A stretch of DNA of 64,000 nucleotides from Phaeosaccion multiseriatum (lineage: Eukaryota; Protista; Ochrophyta, other classes), in contig OZ218962.1 in assembly GCA_965112735.1 (NCBI GenBank), positions 1,922,001 through 1,986,000 of the forward strand, written 5' to 3'. The stretch's first letter is position 1. The number at the start of each line of letters is the position of its first letter. The notes beneath the pieces are model-generated. The model had not been told where the DNA came from. It did no database searches and saw nothing but the letters and a program-made list of their open reading frames with translations. This document shows positions 37,318 through 50,098 of the stretch, in pieces. A program made the translations under genes and the position numbers.

Positions 37318-40300
37318 CACACATGTACACACACACCAGCAAACATTCGGCCGCTGCCTGCGCATGAAGAGCCTTCTCGGGGCGGCAATCTTCCGAGAGG
37401 GCGGTCACGGGCACCCAGGAGGAGAGAGAGTCACGAGCGCAGCCGGCCTCAAGGACGACAAAGTGAGCTCCAACCTCGACCGTGTGAGGTGTACGCTGAG
37501 GCTGCAGCAGGTGCTGTGGGAGCCGCTGAGAGAGGCCCACGCGATGGAGAGAGATTGGCACGGCACTGCGCTTTTCAGGCTCAATACAGCGCGCATGGAG
37601 GTGAGAGAGGGAGGGAGGGAGGGAGGGAGGGAGGGAGGGAAGGAGGGAGGGAGGGAGGGAGGGAGGGAAGGAGTCTTGTGTCTTGTGTCGTTTGTCTCGT
37701 CTCTTGTCTTGATTTATATATATATTATATACTAAAACAACATTCCCTCTTCTCCTCCCTCTCCTCCCCCTCGAAGGACCTCTCCTTTCGTGTCCGTACG
37801 CCATCTGTGATGTATGTATGACTAACCTCCTAACTCACCCAACATTTCGCCATCTGTGACCTTGTGATTTCCTGACTGAACCACCAACAGGCTCGGCTCG
37901 GGGAGGGACTCAAAATGCTCAGAGAAGCTCTTCGTGCCAACAGTGCCAGTGACGTCGTGCAGTTCTGCCGTTACAAAATGTCGAGCTGCAGCATCGAGCT
38001 CGACTTGGTCAAGCACCTTCATAACAAGGATCTCACGCCATCGTACTGGGCTCGCATCGAAGCCGCCATGCCCGCCATCTGTGAAAAAGTCGTGCCCGTC
38101 TATGACAGGGTAAGTAAGTCAGTTGTGTTTCTCCTCCTCCTCCTCCTCCTCCTCCTCCTCCTCCTCCTCCTCCTCCTCCTCCTCCTCCTCCTCCTCCTCC
38201 TCCTCCTCCTCCTCCTCCTCCTCCTCCTCCTCCTCCTCCTCCTCCTCCTCCTCCTCCTCCTCCTCCTCCTCCTCCTCCTCCTCCTCCTCCTCCTCCTCCT
38301 CCTCCTCCTCCTCCTCCTCCTCCTCCTCCTCCTCCTCCTCCTCCTCCTCCTCCTCCTCCTCCTCCTCCTCCTCCGCCTCCCCTTCCTCTTTCTACTTACT
38401 CTTCTGTATCACCAACTGCTTGGCTGCCTGCTGCTCTTGATACCCACGAGCAGATACCCACGGCTGAGATGGCCTTGGCCTTGGGAAGTCGGGACGGCAA
38501 GGGAGGCAGAAGGTTTGACTTTGAGCGTCATAACCGTCCACCAGCAGTTGGTGATATAGCTGGTGATGCAGTTGGTGATACATCAGCAGCAGCAACAGCG
38601 GTGATGGCGGCTGCAGGAGGAGAAGGAGGAACAGCTGCAGAAGGTGAAGTAGGAAGCAAAGCAGAGGACGACGAGAGGGGCAGGGGAGCCCCAGATGCCT
38701 CCTCCAACCAACCAGAGCAGCTAGTCGTACAACAACAACAACAACAGCAGCAGCAGCAACAACAACAACAACAAGGGGAGGCGCCAGCAGCAGTATCGAG
38801 CAGCAGTGCACCCCCCACCCTCATCCCCCCTGAGACAGGTCCTGCGTCACCCGTGCCCGTTGCTACTACCGTGTCTGCCCCACTCGGAGCTGATACGCCC
38901 CCCGGGGTTGGTGTCGTCGGTGTGGGTGCAGCGGTGCCAAAGGGTCGAAGCTATCGTCTTGAGGAGGCGGAGAGGGAAGCCCTCTCTCTCGAGCTGCCCA
39001 TGGGGGTGGCGTGGGGAGGGGTGCCGCTTCGAGCGCTGCTGGAGAACGGCCTTACACGCAGCAAAGACGTTATTCGCAAGGTGAGAGGGTAATTTCGTAC
39101 GCCAGTTGTGAGTGGTGGGTCGTTGGATCCGTGCGTGGGTGCATTGGTGGGTATGTGGGTGTGGGTGGGTGGGTGTGGGTGTGTAAAGGGATGTGTGCCC
39201 GGGTGGATGTGGTTGAGTAGGTGCAGGAGGGTATCCCTCTCCTTCCTTGCCCCAACCATGCCTTTCTCCCTTCTCCCTCCCTCCCTCCTTCCCTCCCTCC
39301 CTCCCTCCTCCCTCCCTCCCTCCCTCCCTCCCTCCCTCCCTCCCTCCCTCCCTCCCTCCCTCCCTCCCTCCCTCCCTCCCTCCCTCCCTCCCTCCCTTCC
39401 TCCCTACTTGCCCCTATATATACACCTCCATTCAACCAATCCTCCCTACTCCTGTCCGGCTGTAACACCAACCGGTCAAGGTGTCCATCGAAGCAACAAG
39501 CAGCGCTGTCCTCGTGCGCACCCTCAAGAGTCTCGAGGACGCGTGGGGAGGGGTGACGACTGCCCAGGGTGCGGCGGGGGGGCTTCTGAAGATGGGGTGG
39601 CGTGTGGAGGAGAAGGATGCCATCGCTCTCTCGCTGGTGGCCGAGGCTACACCGAGCAAGTGAGTCAGTCGGAAGGAGAGAGGGAGGGAGGAAGGGGAGC
39701 GACAATGTCATACTAGCAACCCACACACCCACACAACCACGCACCCACACCCCCCCAACCACCCACCCGTCCAGTACCCCATCCCCCCTCCCCCCCCCCC
39801 AATAAAGACCACCACACTCCCAATCCACTGCCATATCCCCCCTCTCATCCGATCCATCCACTGCCATATCCCCCCTCTCATCCGATCCATCCACTGCCAC
39901 CCCCACCCCCTCCCCCCATCCACTGCCATCCCAGCTCGGCGGAGAAAGCTCTAGAGAAGGCTCTGGAGGCCCAGCGGTACATCAACTTTTCGAGCACTGT
40001 AACGCTCAACAACGGCACTGGCACTGGCACTGGCACTGGCACTGGCAACGGTAACGGCGGTGGTGGTGGTGGTGGTAGCTCCTCAAGCTCGAGCAGCAGC
40101 ACCACCACCATGACACTGAACGGTGCCTCTTCCTACGTTAGGCTCTTGTCCAATGGAGAGGCACTGCTGAGAAGGCTGGAGCATAGCCAGGTATATGGGC
40201 GTGTGCGTAGGGCAGGGCAGGGCATGTTAGAGGCATGTAGGCATAGAAAATTCGAGGCATGTAGGCATGAACATAGAGGCATGTAGGCATGAAAATAGAG

Positions 40301-43300
40301 GCATGTAGTAGGCATGAAAATAGAGGCATGTAGGCATGACAATAGAGGCATGTAGTAGGCATGAAAATAAAGGCATGTAGGCATGAACATAGAGGCATGT
40401 AGGCATGAAAATAGAGGCATGTAGTAGGCATGAAAATAGAGGCATGTAGGCATGAAAATAGAGGCATGAAGTAGGCATGAAAATAGAGGCATGAAGTAGG
40501 CATGAAAATAGAGGCATGTAGGCATGAAAATAGAGGCACGTAGGCATGAAAAAATAGAGGCATGTAATTTCCCATGTGAGGGCATATGGGCAGGCAGGAA
40601 GGGCAAATTCGAAGGTGGAGGTGATGGCAGTGGATGGGAGGGTGGGGAAGGGGCTGACTGACTAACTGACTGACTGACTGACTGACTCACTGACTCCTCA
40701 TATGCCTCCATTTTATAAAACTCAAACTGAAACTCTTCCCCCCTCTCTTGGTCTTATCCTCGTGGCAGGTGGCCATCACTGCCGTGGTCAACGCGCCGGA
40801 GAGACTGCTGAGGGCCGTCAACATTCACAGACAGGCCCAGGACTGGCAGGTCAGTCCACTTAATTAATAGTCCAGGGGTGGGAGGGGGTGGGTGGGAGAA
40901 GTATGTCAATGGGTCGGCGAGTATAGTATGGCAGTAAGCGGGCTGATGCGGATGTCGTAAGTCAATGGTTGGGTTGGTGCGGGTGGGTGCGTGGGTGGGT
41001 GAGTGGGTGGATGCGTAGGTGGATGGGTGAGTGGCTTGTGCCTTCCTTCTCTACGCCGCTATCCAACGCTCCTCCCCCTCCCCGGGTCTCCCCCTCCCCC
41101 ATCCACTGCCATCCCCCCTTCATCCACTACCATCCACTGCCATCTACTGCCACCCCGTCTACTGTCATCCACTGCCATCCACTGCCATCCCCTCCCTCCC
41201 CCCTCGGACGGGTCAGGCCCGGCTGGAGTGGCTAGAAGCACTGCTGATGCAATGGTTGGCGGTGCAGCAGCTGTGGATGAGGGTCATGCCGGTGTTTATG
41301 AGCACTGAGGTAGCGAGGCACATTACTTCAGACTACAGGCGGTTTCAGGTAGGTTTTGGAAGGGCAAGGGGAGGGAGCAGGAGGGAAGGGAAGAGGAGGG
41401 GGAGGGGACGGGAGGGTGAGGGATGGGAGGAGAGGGAGGGGAGGGGAAGGGAGGGGAAGGGAGGGGGGGATGGGAGGTGAGGTGAGGGGAGGAGAGGAGA
41501 GGGGAGGGGAGGGGAGGGGAGGGAGGGGAGATCATGATATACGCAGGGCAACCAACCTTCTAAACACGACAACGTCGCGCACGCAAACACACACACAAAC
41601 ACGCACACACACACACACACACACGCACACACACACGCACACCACACGGCCTCACTCAGTCTCTCACAACTGCCATATCACCTACCCACCCACCCCTGTA
41701 TCACCAACAGGAGGTGAGCCGCCGCTTCAAGGACATGCTCAATGACCTTGATGCAGGGGGTGCTTCCCTCGTGACCATGCATCGAGCTCAACTCGACGGG
41801 TCCCAAAGCCTGTTGCCCAAGGCTGTGAAGCTCCGTCGCGATTTGGAGAGCGTGATTCGGGCCGTGCAGCGGTGGCTGGGCAGCAAGCGATCCCTGTGTC
41901 CGAGGCTGTTCGCCTTGTCTTCCCATGACATGTTTCGCTTGTTTCGTGACTGGACGACCCTGCATGTGCAAACGGGGAGAGCAGTGGGGGGTACGAATGA
42001 GCGAGTGGCCAAGATGTTTAAAGGTATGTGGTGAGGAGAGGGGATGGGGAAGGGGAAGGGAGGGGCGGGGAGGGGAGGGGAGGGGAGGCGCAAACCTCTC
42101 TTAACTGCCATCCTCTGCCCTCGCTCGCGGCCATCCGTTGCCATCCCCCCCCCCATTGCCATGCTGTCCATACGCTGCCATCCACTGCCATCCCCTTATT
42201 GCCATCCACTGCCATCCTCCTCCTCCTCCTCCTTCTCCTCTCCTCTCCGCTGCAGGGGTGGGGGAGGTCCTTTGGTGCCCCATCTCCGACGACGAACAGC
42301 TCCCCGAGGGGGGCAGAGAGGCCGCAGCAGCCGCTCCAGCAGTTAGTGATACAGGGGCAGCGGGAGGAGGAGGAGGAGGAGGAGGAGGAGGGGGCCCTCC
42401 GCCGATGCAGTGGACTTATGGTGTCGTGAGCGGAGGTGGAGGGTGAGTTGGGAGGGTGAGGGGGAGGGGGGGGGTGAGGGAGTGAGTGAGTGGGTGAGTG
42501 AGTGAGTGAGGGAGTGAGGGAGTGAGGGAGTGAGGGAGTGAGGGAGTGAGTGAGGGAGTGAATGAGTGAGTGAGTGTGTGAGTGTGTGAGTGAGGGAGTG
42601 AGGGAGTGAGGGAGTGAGGGAGTGAGGGAGTGGGTGAGTGAGGGAGTGAGTGAGGGAGTGAGTGAGTGAATGAGTGAGTGAGGGAGGGTATAAGGGAGGA
42701 AGGGAGGGAGGGAGCAGACTTTTGTCTCCTTTCTCCTCATCTCTTGATCGTGAGTAGCCTTGCAGTGTCCTATGCACTGGCCTCAATACCTTTCTACCCA
42801 CCCACCTACCCACCCACCTACCCACCCACCCACCTACCCACCCACCCACTCACCCACCCACCCACCTACCCACCCACCTACCCACCCACCCACTCACCCA
42901 CCCACTCACCCACCCACCCATCCACCCACTCACCCACCCACCCACCCACCCCACCCACCCCACCCATGCCGCCCACGCAGCTACGAGCGGCTGCTCTTCC
43001 CGGAGGAGAGTCAAATGACCACCCCCCCAACCCTGGAGGCGTGGGTCAGTAACCTCGAGAGAGGCCTCGCGTGCCGACTCATGCTGGACCTCCACACGGC
43101 GGTGGAGGAGATCGAGGCCAAAGAAGGCGCTCTCGCCATTCTCGTGACTTCGCAAGGGGCGGCGATGCAGGGAGGCGGGGTGATGGGTACACTGCTGGCG
43201 GCAGAGATGCGTGCCAAGTAAGTGCGGCAGTTGGTGATACGTGTGTGAAGTGGAAGGAGGAGGAGAAGGGCGGGCCTAGGAGGGGTGGGACTTGAAGCGT

Positions 43301-44900
43301 TGCGTTGGTTACACTTTTGTGTGTCACATCCACACCCACGGCCATGTACCTTCATCCTCACCCACATCCACCCACAAACACACACACACACACAACCACC
43401 CACCACTCACAGAGCGGAGAAGCGAGCGGACGCAGCCGGAGCAGGAGCCGACAGTGACAACGCCTCTGTGTCCAGCAAGGCCAGCGCGGCATCGGGCAAG
43501 CAGGGAGTGTAAGTTCAACTTGAAACTGTGGAACTGTCGTACTTCAAAGTACTACGATAACTGTACCCTTTGTCACGATGTTCCTTCCTTCCTTCCTTCC
43601 TTACTGTCTTGTATTGTTTCCTAACACTTGCATTGAACATCTCTATATATATACATCTCTATGCTATATGTACATTAAACGTATGAAGTCCTTGAATGGT
43701 TTCCAATAAACTCAACAAACAGGATGATGGCGACTCTGATGGGGCCGGAAGGAGATAAGACCTTCGGCAAGACCAAGGCCTGTCTGCAGGCAGAGCTCCT
43801 CGGGCATCAGGTACGGCACTGGATGGCAGGGGATGGCAACGGATGGTAGTGGATCGTAGTGGATGGCAGTGGACGGTAGTTGATCGCACATGGGACAGCG
43901 GATGGCAACGGATGGAAGGGCTGTATGGCAGTGGATGGGAAGGAGGGGGGTGGGGTATGGCAGTGGATGGAAAGGCGGGGTGGAAGGAGGAGCAGGCTCC
44001 GGTTTTAGAGCCCGTGCCCACGCCCCGTATGCCAGTATGCCCATATGCCCGTGTACCCATATGCCTGCCCGTATGCCTGCCCATACGCCCGTATACTCAC
44101 ATGCCTGCCCATATGTCCGTATACCCATATGCCTGCCCATATGCCCGTATGCCCATATGCCTGCCCATATGCCCATATGCCCGTATGCCCGTATGCCCAC
44201 ATGCCTCTGCCCATATGCCTGCCCATACGTCCGTATGCCCATATGCCTGTATGCCTGCCCATATGCCTGTATGCCTGCCCATATGTCCGTATGCCCATAT
44301 GCCTGCCCATATACCGGCACACAGATCGCCTTCACGCGGCAGCTAGAAAACGCTTTGGATCTCGTGCGGGAGCTGGACAACAGAAACAGGGCAGCGGCAG
44401 CGGCAGCAGCGGCAGCAATGGGGGCCCACACACGCGCCCACGGAAGGATGAGATCTGTGAACAGCAACAATCGGGCCTCCTTGGGCAGGGGCGGGTCCCA
44501 GGGGGCGCAGAGGGTAGGGTTCCAGGGGAGCGAAGGAGGAGGAGGCGGCGGAGGAGGAGGAGGAGAAGAGGAAGAACCGCCTCTGTTGCCGCTGGACATT
44601 GCGGCTCGGAGCACAACAATGGTACAGATATGGGCGCTAGAGTCGTCGCTGGACTCGACAGATGCGCGCAAGGGGAGGCTGCTGAGGTATGGGGCGCTGT
44701 CGACATTGGCACTTCACTACAGGGATGTCGCGACCAGTCTGAGGTAGGCTGTGTGTGGGTTTTGTTCCTGTCGATCAGTCAGTCAGTCAGTCAGTCAGTC
44801 AGTCACTCAGTGCCTGGTGTCAGTCACTCAGTTACTCATTCACTCCCTCACTCAAACAAACACCCCCCCCCTCTCCCTTCACCTCTCTCTCTCTCCCTCC

Positions 44901-44943
<43 letters not shown>

Positions 44944-47900
44944 CCTCTCTTTCTCTCCCCCTCTCTCTCTCTGTCTCTCTCTCTCCCTCTCTCTCTCTCC
45001 CTCTCTCTCTCTCTCTCCCTCTCTCTCTCTCTCTCCCTTCCTTCCGTCCCTCACATGCGCAGTGAATGCCATGATGGGAGGGACGCGTTCGAATGGCAAC
45101 TTCATTTGCGTTACTATTACTCCCCTCCTCCCCACCGCCTGCTCCCCGGGGCGGAGAGACGAGCCAAAGCCAACGAAGCAACGCTCGACAGGCGTAACCG
45201 TGGGATCGCTGGCAGAGGGGGAGGAGCAGGAGGAGCAGGAGGAGCAGGGGGAAGAAGAAGAGGAGGAGGAGGAGGTGGAGGAGAAGGAGCCGAAGGAGGA
45301 GAAGGAGGAGGGGTGGATGCCTGCGGTGCTGGTCAGGCTTATCAGTCGTCTTCCGATCTGCAGTTCCTACAGCATGAGCGGATGGCAGTGGATGGACAGT
45401 GTGCGTCAGCCGTGCCCGTCTTGAGTGTCCACCTGGGTCCCTGGAGTGCGGCGTATGCGTTTGAGTATCAAGGCACAGTGGAGCGATTGTGGCTCACACC
45501 CCTCGCCGAGAGGTGTCTGGTGCATATGGTGAACTCAGCCAAGATGGTGAGAGGAGGGGGAGGGGAGGGGAGGGGAGGGGAGGGGAGGGGAGGAGAGGGG
45601 AGAGGAGGGGAGAGGAGGGGAGGGGAGGGGAGAGGAGGGGAGGGGAGGGGAGGGGAGTGGAGGGGAGGAGAGGGAGGGGAGGGGAGGGGAGGAGAGGGAG
45701 GGTGGAAGTATGTGGGTGGGTGGGTGAGTGAGTGCGTGAATGACTGCGTGAGTGACTTCCACTGCCACCCCTCACCTTGCCCTCCCCTTCTCTACCGCTC
45801 AGGCGAGTGGAGCGGGCCTCCTTCTCGCCCCTGAAGGCTCCGCCGGCGCCCCGGGAAGCTCCCAAGGTTTCTCCTCCGGCATGATGGCCTGCCATGACGT
45901 CGCAGTGGCATTCGGCCGGGGCTTGTATGCCCTCGCCGCTTCTTCTGTAACGTCACCTCAAGCCCTCAGTGCTCTCCTTGCCCACTCCCTTGCCTCTGGG
46001 GCGGTGACGGTGGTGACTAACGTAGACGCTTTGTCTCGCTTGACGCGCTCGGTGCTTGTGGAGTCGCTCAACGTGGTACGAAACGCCATTCGAGCGGAGC
46101 AACCAGAGGTAAGAGGGAGAGGAGGGGAGGGGAGGGAAGGTGGGGGGGGTGTACCCACCCATGTGTGTGTGAGTGTATGTGTCCCTATGTATGTATGTAT
46201 GTATGTATGTATGTATGTGTGCGTGCGTGTGTATCTGCGTGAGTGTGAATGTTTGGCGGTCTCTCGCTCCCTCACCACCCCCCCCCCCCCCCGCACCCTC
46301 TTTTCCCACCCACCCATTGACTTACTACCCATTCATTGCCTTACCACCACCCATTGACATACTCCGCAGGTGCTCGTGAACGGCTCAGCCCTTCAACTGG
46401 GAGGGTGCGGTACCCCCTGGAGAGAAAAGACCTTCGACTTCGTTCTGCATCAGTGGAGACTCCCTACACACGTCTCCAGGGGGGCGGCGCCGGAGGTACA
46501 TACGTAGTACTATATAGTACTTAAAATAATGTCGCGTCTACTTGAATGCATCTACTAGTGCTTAAGATACGCTTATCTAGTCTACTCTTTCTCATGCCCT
46601 CCCCCTCCCCCCTCCCCTCCCCTCCCCTCCCTCCCTTCCTCCCTCCCTCCCTCCCTCCCTCCCTCCCTCCCTCCCTCCCTCCCTCCCTCCCTCCCTCCCT
46701 CCCTCCCTCCCTCCCTCCCTCCCTCCCTCCCTCCCTCCCTCCCTCCCTCCCTCCCTCCCTCCCTCCCTCCCTCCCTCCCTCCCTCCCTCCCTCCCTCCCT
46801 CCCTCCCTCCCTCCCTCCCTCCCTCCCTCCCTCCCTCCCTCCCTCCCTCCCTCCCTCCCTCCCTCCCTCCCTCCCTCCCTCCCTCCCTCCCTCCCTCCCT
46901 CCCTCCCTCCCTCCCTCCCTCCCTCCCTCCCTCCCTCCCTCCCTCCCTCCCTCCCTCCCTCCCTCCCTCCCTCCCTCCCTCCCTCCCTCCCTCCCTCCCT
47001 CCCTCCCTCCTCCCTCCCTCCCTCCCTCCCTCCCTCCCTCCCTCCCTCCCTCCCTCCCTCCCTCCCTCCCTCCCTCCCTCCTTCCCTCCCTCCCTCCCTC
47101 CCTCTCACCCCCAGCGACACTACCCCCAGGCGCTGAACGGTCCCTTCGTGGGAGTGTATGGCATCCTGTCGCAGCCCCCCGCATTCCTCTTTCCGTCCGC
47201 TGCCATCTCCTCGTCGTGTGCCTCTTCCTCCTCCTCTCTCGCCGTGCCCCTCTCGCTCAGGCTCGTCTTCAGACCTGTACTGCTTGTGCCGCCGGACTCA
47301 CGCCTGGTACGTAACTTACGTAAGCTTCATTTCCGTACATATGCATCCTCACGTATCCTTCTTATTCTTGAGTATCACGAATGTATGGGCTTGTATGGGC
47401 TTGGTTTGGATGCCACTACATGATGAATCAATCACTTTGATTGTTGATGCTCAGATGCGATACATGTAGTATATATATACGGACTGGAAGTAAATATCCC
47501 CTCCCTTCCCCTCCCCTGCCCTCCCCCTCTCCTGCCCTCCCCTCCCGTCCCCTCCCCTCCCCTCCCCTCCCCTCCCCTCCCCTCCCCTCCCCTCCCCTCC
47601 CCTCCCCTCCCCTCCCCTCCCCTCCCCTCCCCTCCCCTCCCCTCCCCTCCCCTCCCCTCCCCTCCCCTCCCCTCCCCTCCCCTCCCCTCCCCTCCCCTCC
47701 CCTCCCCTCCCCTCCCCTCCCCTCCCCTCCCCTCCCCTCTCCTCTCCTCTCCTCCCCTCCCCTCCCCTCCCCTCCCCTCCCCTCCCCTCCCCTCCCCTCC
47801 CCTCCCCTCCCCTCCCCTCTCCTCTCCTCTCCTCCCCTCCCCTCCCCTCCCCTCCCCTCCCCTCCCCTCCCCTCCCCCATCCACTGCCACCCCAGCTCCT

Positions 47901-50066
47901 CCGTGCGATGCTCCTGACCTTCGGCTTCGCCACTGCCCTGGAGCTCGCTCCGTACGTCGAAGGGGCCATCAACGCGCTCCGAGGGGCGGAGCACTCCGAA
48001 GCCCTTCCTCTGCGCGTGCTCGGACCCCTTGATGACGTCACTGCGCTTTGGGTGCTGCTCCGAAGGGCGTGTCGCACGGCGAGTGAGAGCCTGTTTCTCG
48101 ACCGACACAGGTACGTACGTAAGGGATGACGTATGTAGTCATACTTTTTTTTTTTTTTTTGAAATGAATTAAAATGAATTAAAAATTGAAGCAGAGAAAC
48201 AGCATATGTGTATCGTATCTATTCTGTCCATAGGTGTTCGATTTGTTATTTCGATGTGTTCGATTTCTTGATCTTTTGTTGTTATGTTCGATTTTGTTGT
48301 GTGTCGATGGCATATATGCTGATGGGAAGTACTTTTGTATCGAGGTCCATCAGTCCATCTCACGAAAACTGAAACTGGAAACTTCGCCACCCAAACCACC
48401 CAAACTGAAACTCCGCTCCTTGTCAGGGGCCTTGCTGCGGCGGGTCGCAAGCTTGCCATGAACAACTTGCCTCGTGCTGAGAAGGCTGCCCTCGCCAACG
48501 TGAGTGAATGTGTATATATATATACATAATAATGTGTATAATAAGGAGGGGAGGGAAGAGCAGAAAAGCCTAATATGGCGTAACAGTTGTTTCCGTCGAG
48601 TGCCATCCAATTCACCTCGATTATTCATCAGATGATCGCTTACCCAACTGTTGTACCGCCAACTGCTGCTGTACCACACACATACACACACACACACGCA
48701 CACACACACACACACACACACCACACACACACACTCACACACACACACACACACATACACACACACACACACACACACTCACACACACACACACACACAC
48801 ACATACACACCCAACAGACGGTGTGCCTGGCCATCGAATCCCGAAACATGATGCGAGGACTCCTCCTTGCTCTTGAGGACAGAGGCGTCAAGGAAATGTC
48901 AGGTCTCGAAGGCATAAGGAGGGGACAGCAGAGCGAGGGGAGGGGCGGGGACGAATGGGCTACCCAGGAGGGACGGCAGCGAACCGCCACCCTCAACCTC
49001 CTCTTCGCGACCTTTGCAGAGCCCATGCAGACGCTTGAGAGACTCACCTCGGGCAAGAGTCTGTCGCAGCTGGAGGTGGGTGGCGTGTTGGTGATACAAG
49101 GGGTGGGGTGGGATGGTGGGGTGGTGTGGGGTGGTGTGGGGTGGTGTGGGGTAGGGTAGTCCTCTGTCCTGACACCCACACACCCCACCCTCTGCCCTGA
49201 CACCCACCCCCCCCCCCCTCCCTGTGTCCTGTCCTGACACCCTGCACCACCCACAGATGCTTGGGCTCGTGTCCTCGAAGAAATCGTCGTCCACTCGCGC
49301 CAAGCAAGAGGTGGGTGATATCACAGATGACAGCGCAGTGCAGCAGAGGTGATGCAGCACCATACACTGCAGCAGTTCGTCATCCCTTCCTCCCTCCCTC
49401 CCTCCCTCCATCCCTCCCTCCCTCCCTCCCTCCCTCCCTCCCTCCCTCCCTCCCTCCCTCCCTCCCTCCCTCCCTCCCTCCCTCCCTCCCTCCCTCCCTC
49501 CCTCCCTCCCTCCCTCCCTCCCTCCCTCCCTCCCTCCCTCCCTCCCTCCCTCCCTCCCTCCCTCCCTCCCTCCCTCCCTCCCTCCCCCTCCCCCCCCCTG
49601 TATCACCAACAGGTTACCGCCATGGTGCACAAAGCCATCGCCGCCGCCGGAGTAGCGCCCACAACGGCACAAGTCAAGGCCGGGGAGGCCGTGTGGGACT
49701 CCTTATGGGGGTGTCGTTCCTCTTGCGTCATCCTTGTGGGGCCATCGGGCAGTGGCAAGACAGCGGTCTTGCAGGGGATGCCACAGTTGGCCAACTACGT
49801 GGATTACAACTTTGCAAGAAGACTGGCCAAGACCGTGCAGAAGATTCGGGGTAAAGCACGGAGGAGAAAGATGCTCGACAGCAATGGCGGTGAGTGGGGG
49901 TGGGTGGGTGCGTGCGTGCATTGGGCGGGGTGGGGTGGGAGTGAGGGAGAGACCGACTGACTGACTGACTGACTGACTGATAGATTGACTGATTGACTGA
50001 CTGATTGACTGACTGACTGACTGACTGACTGACTGACTGACTGACTGACTGACTGACTGACTGACT

Positions 50067-50098
<32 letters not shown>

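Noticed and set aside
40221-40565. CRISPR-like array
   Set aside because: Tandem degenerate units with no unique spacers, no cas genes, and a eukaryotic intron context. The same applies to 44025-44312 and 62647-62825.
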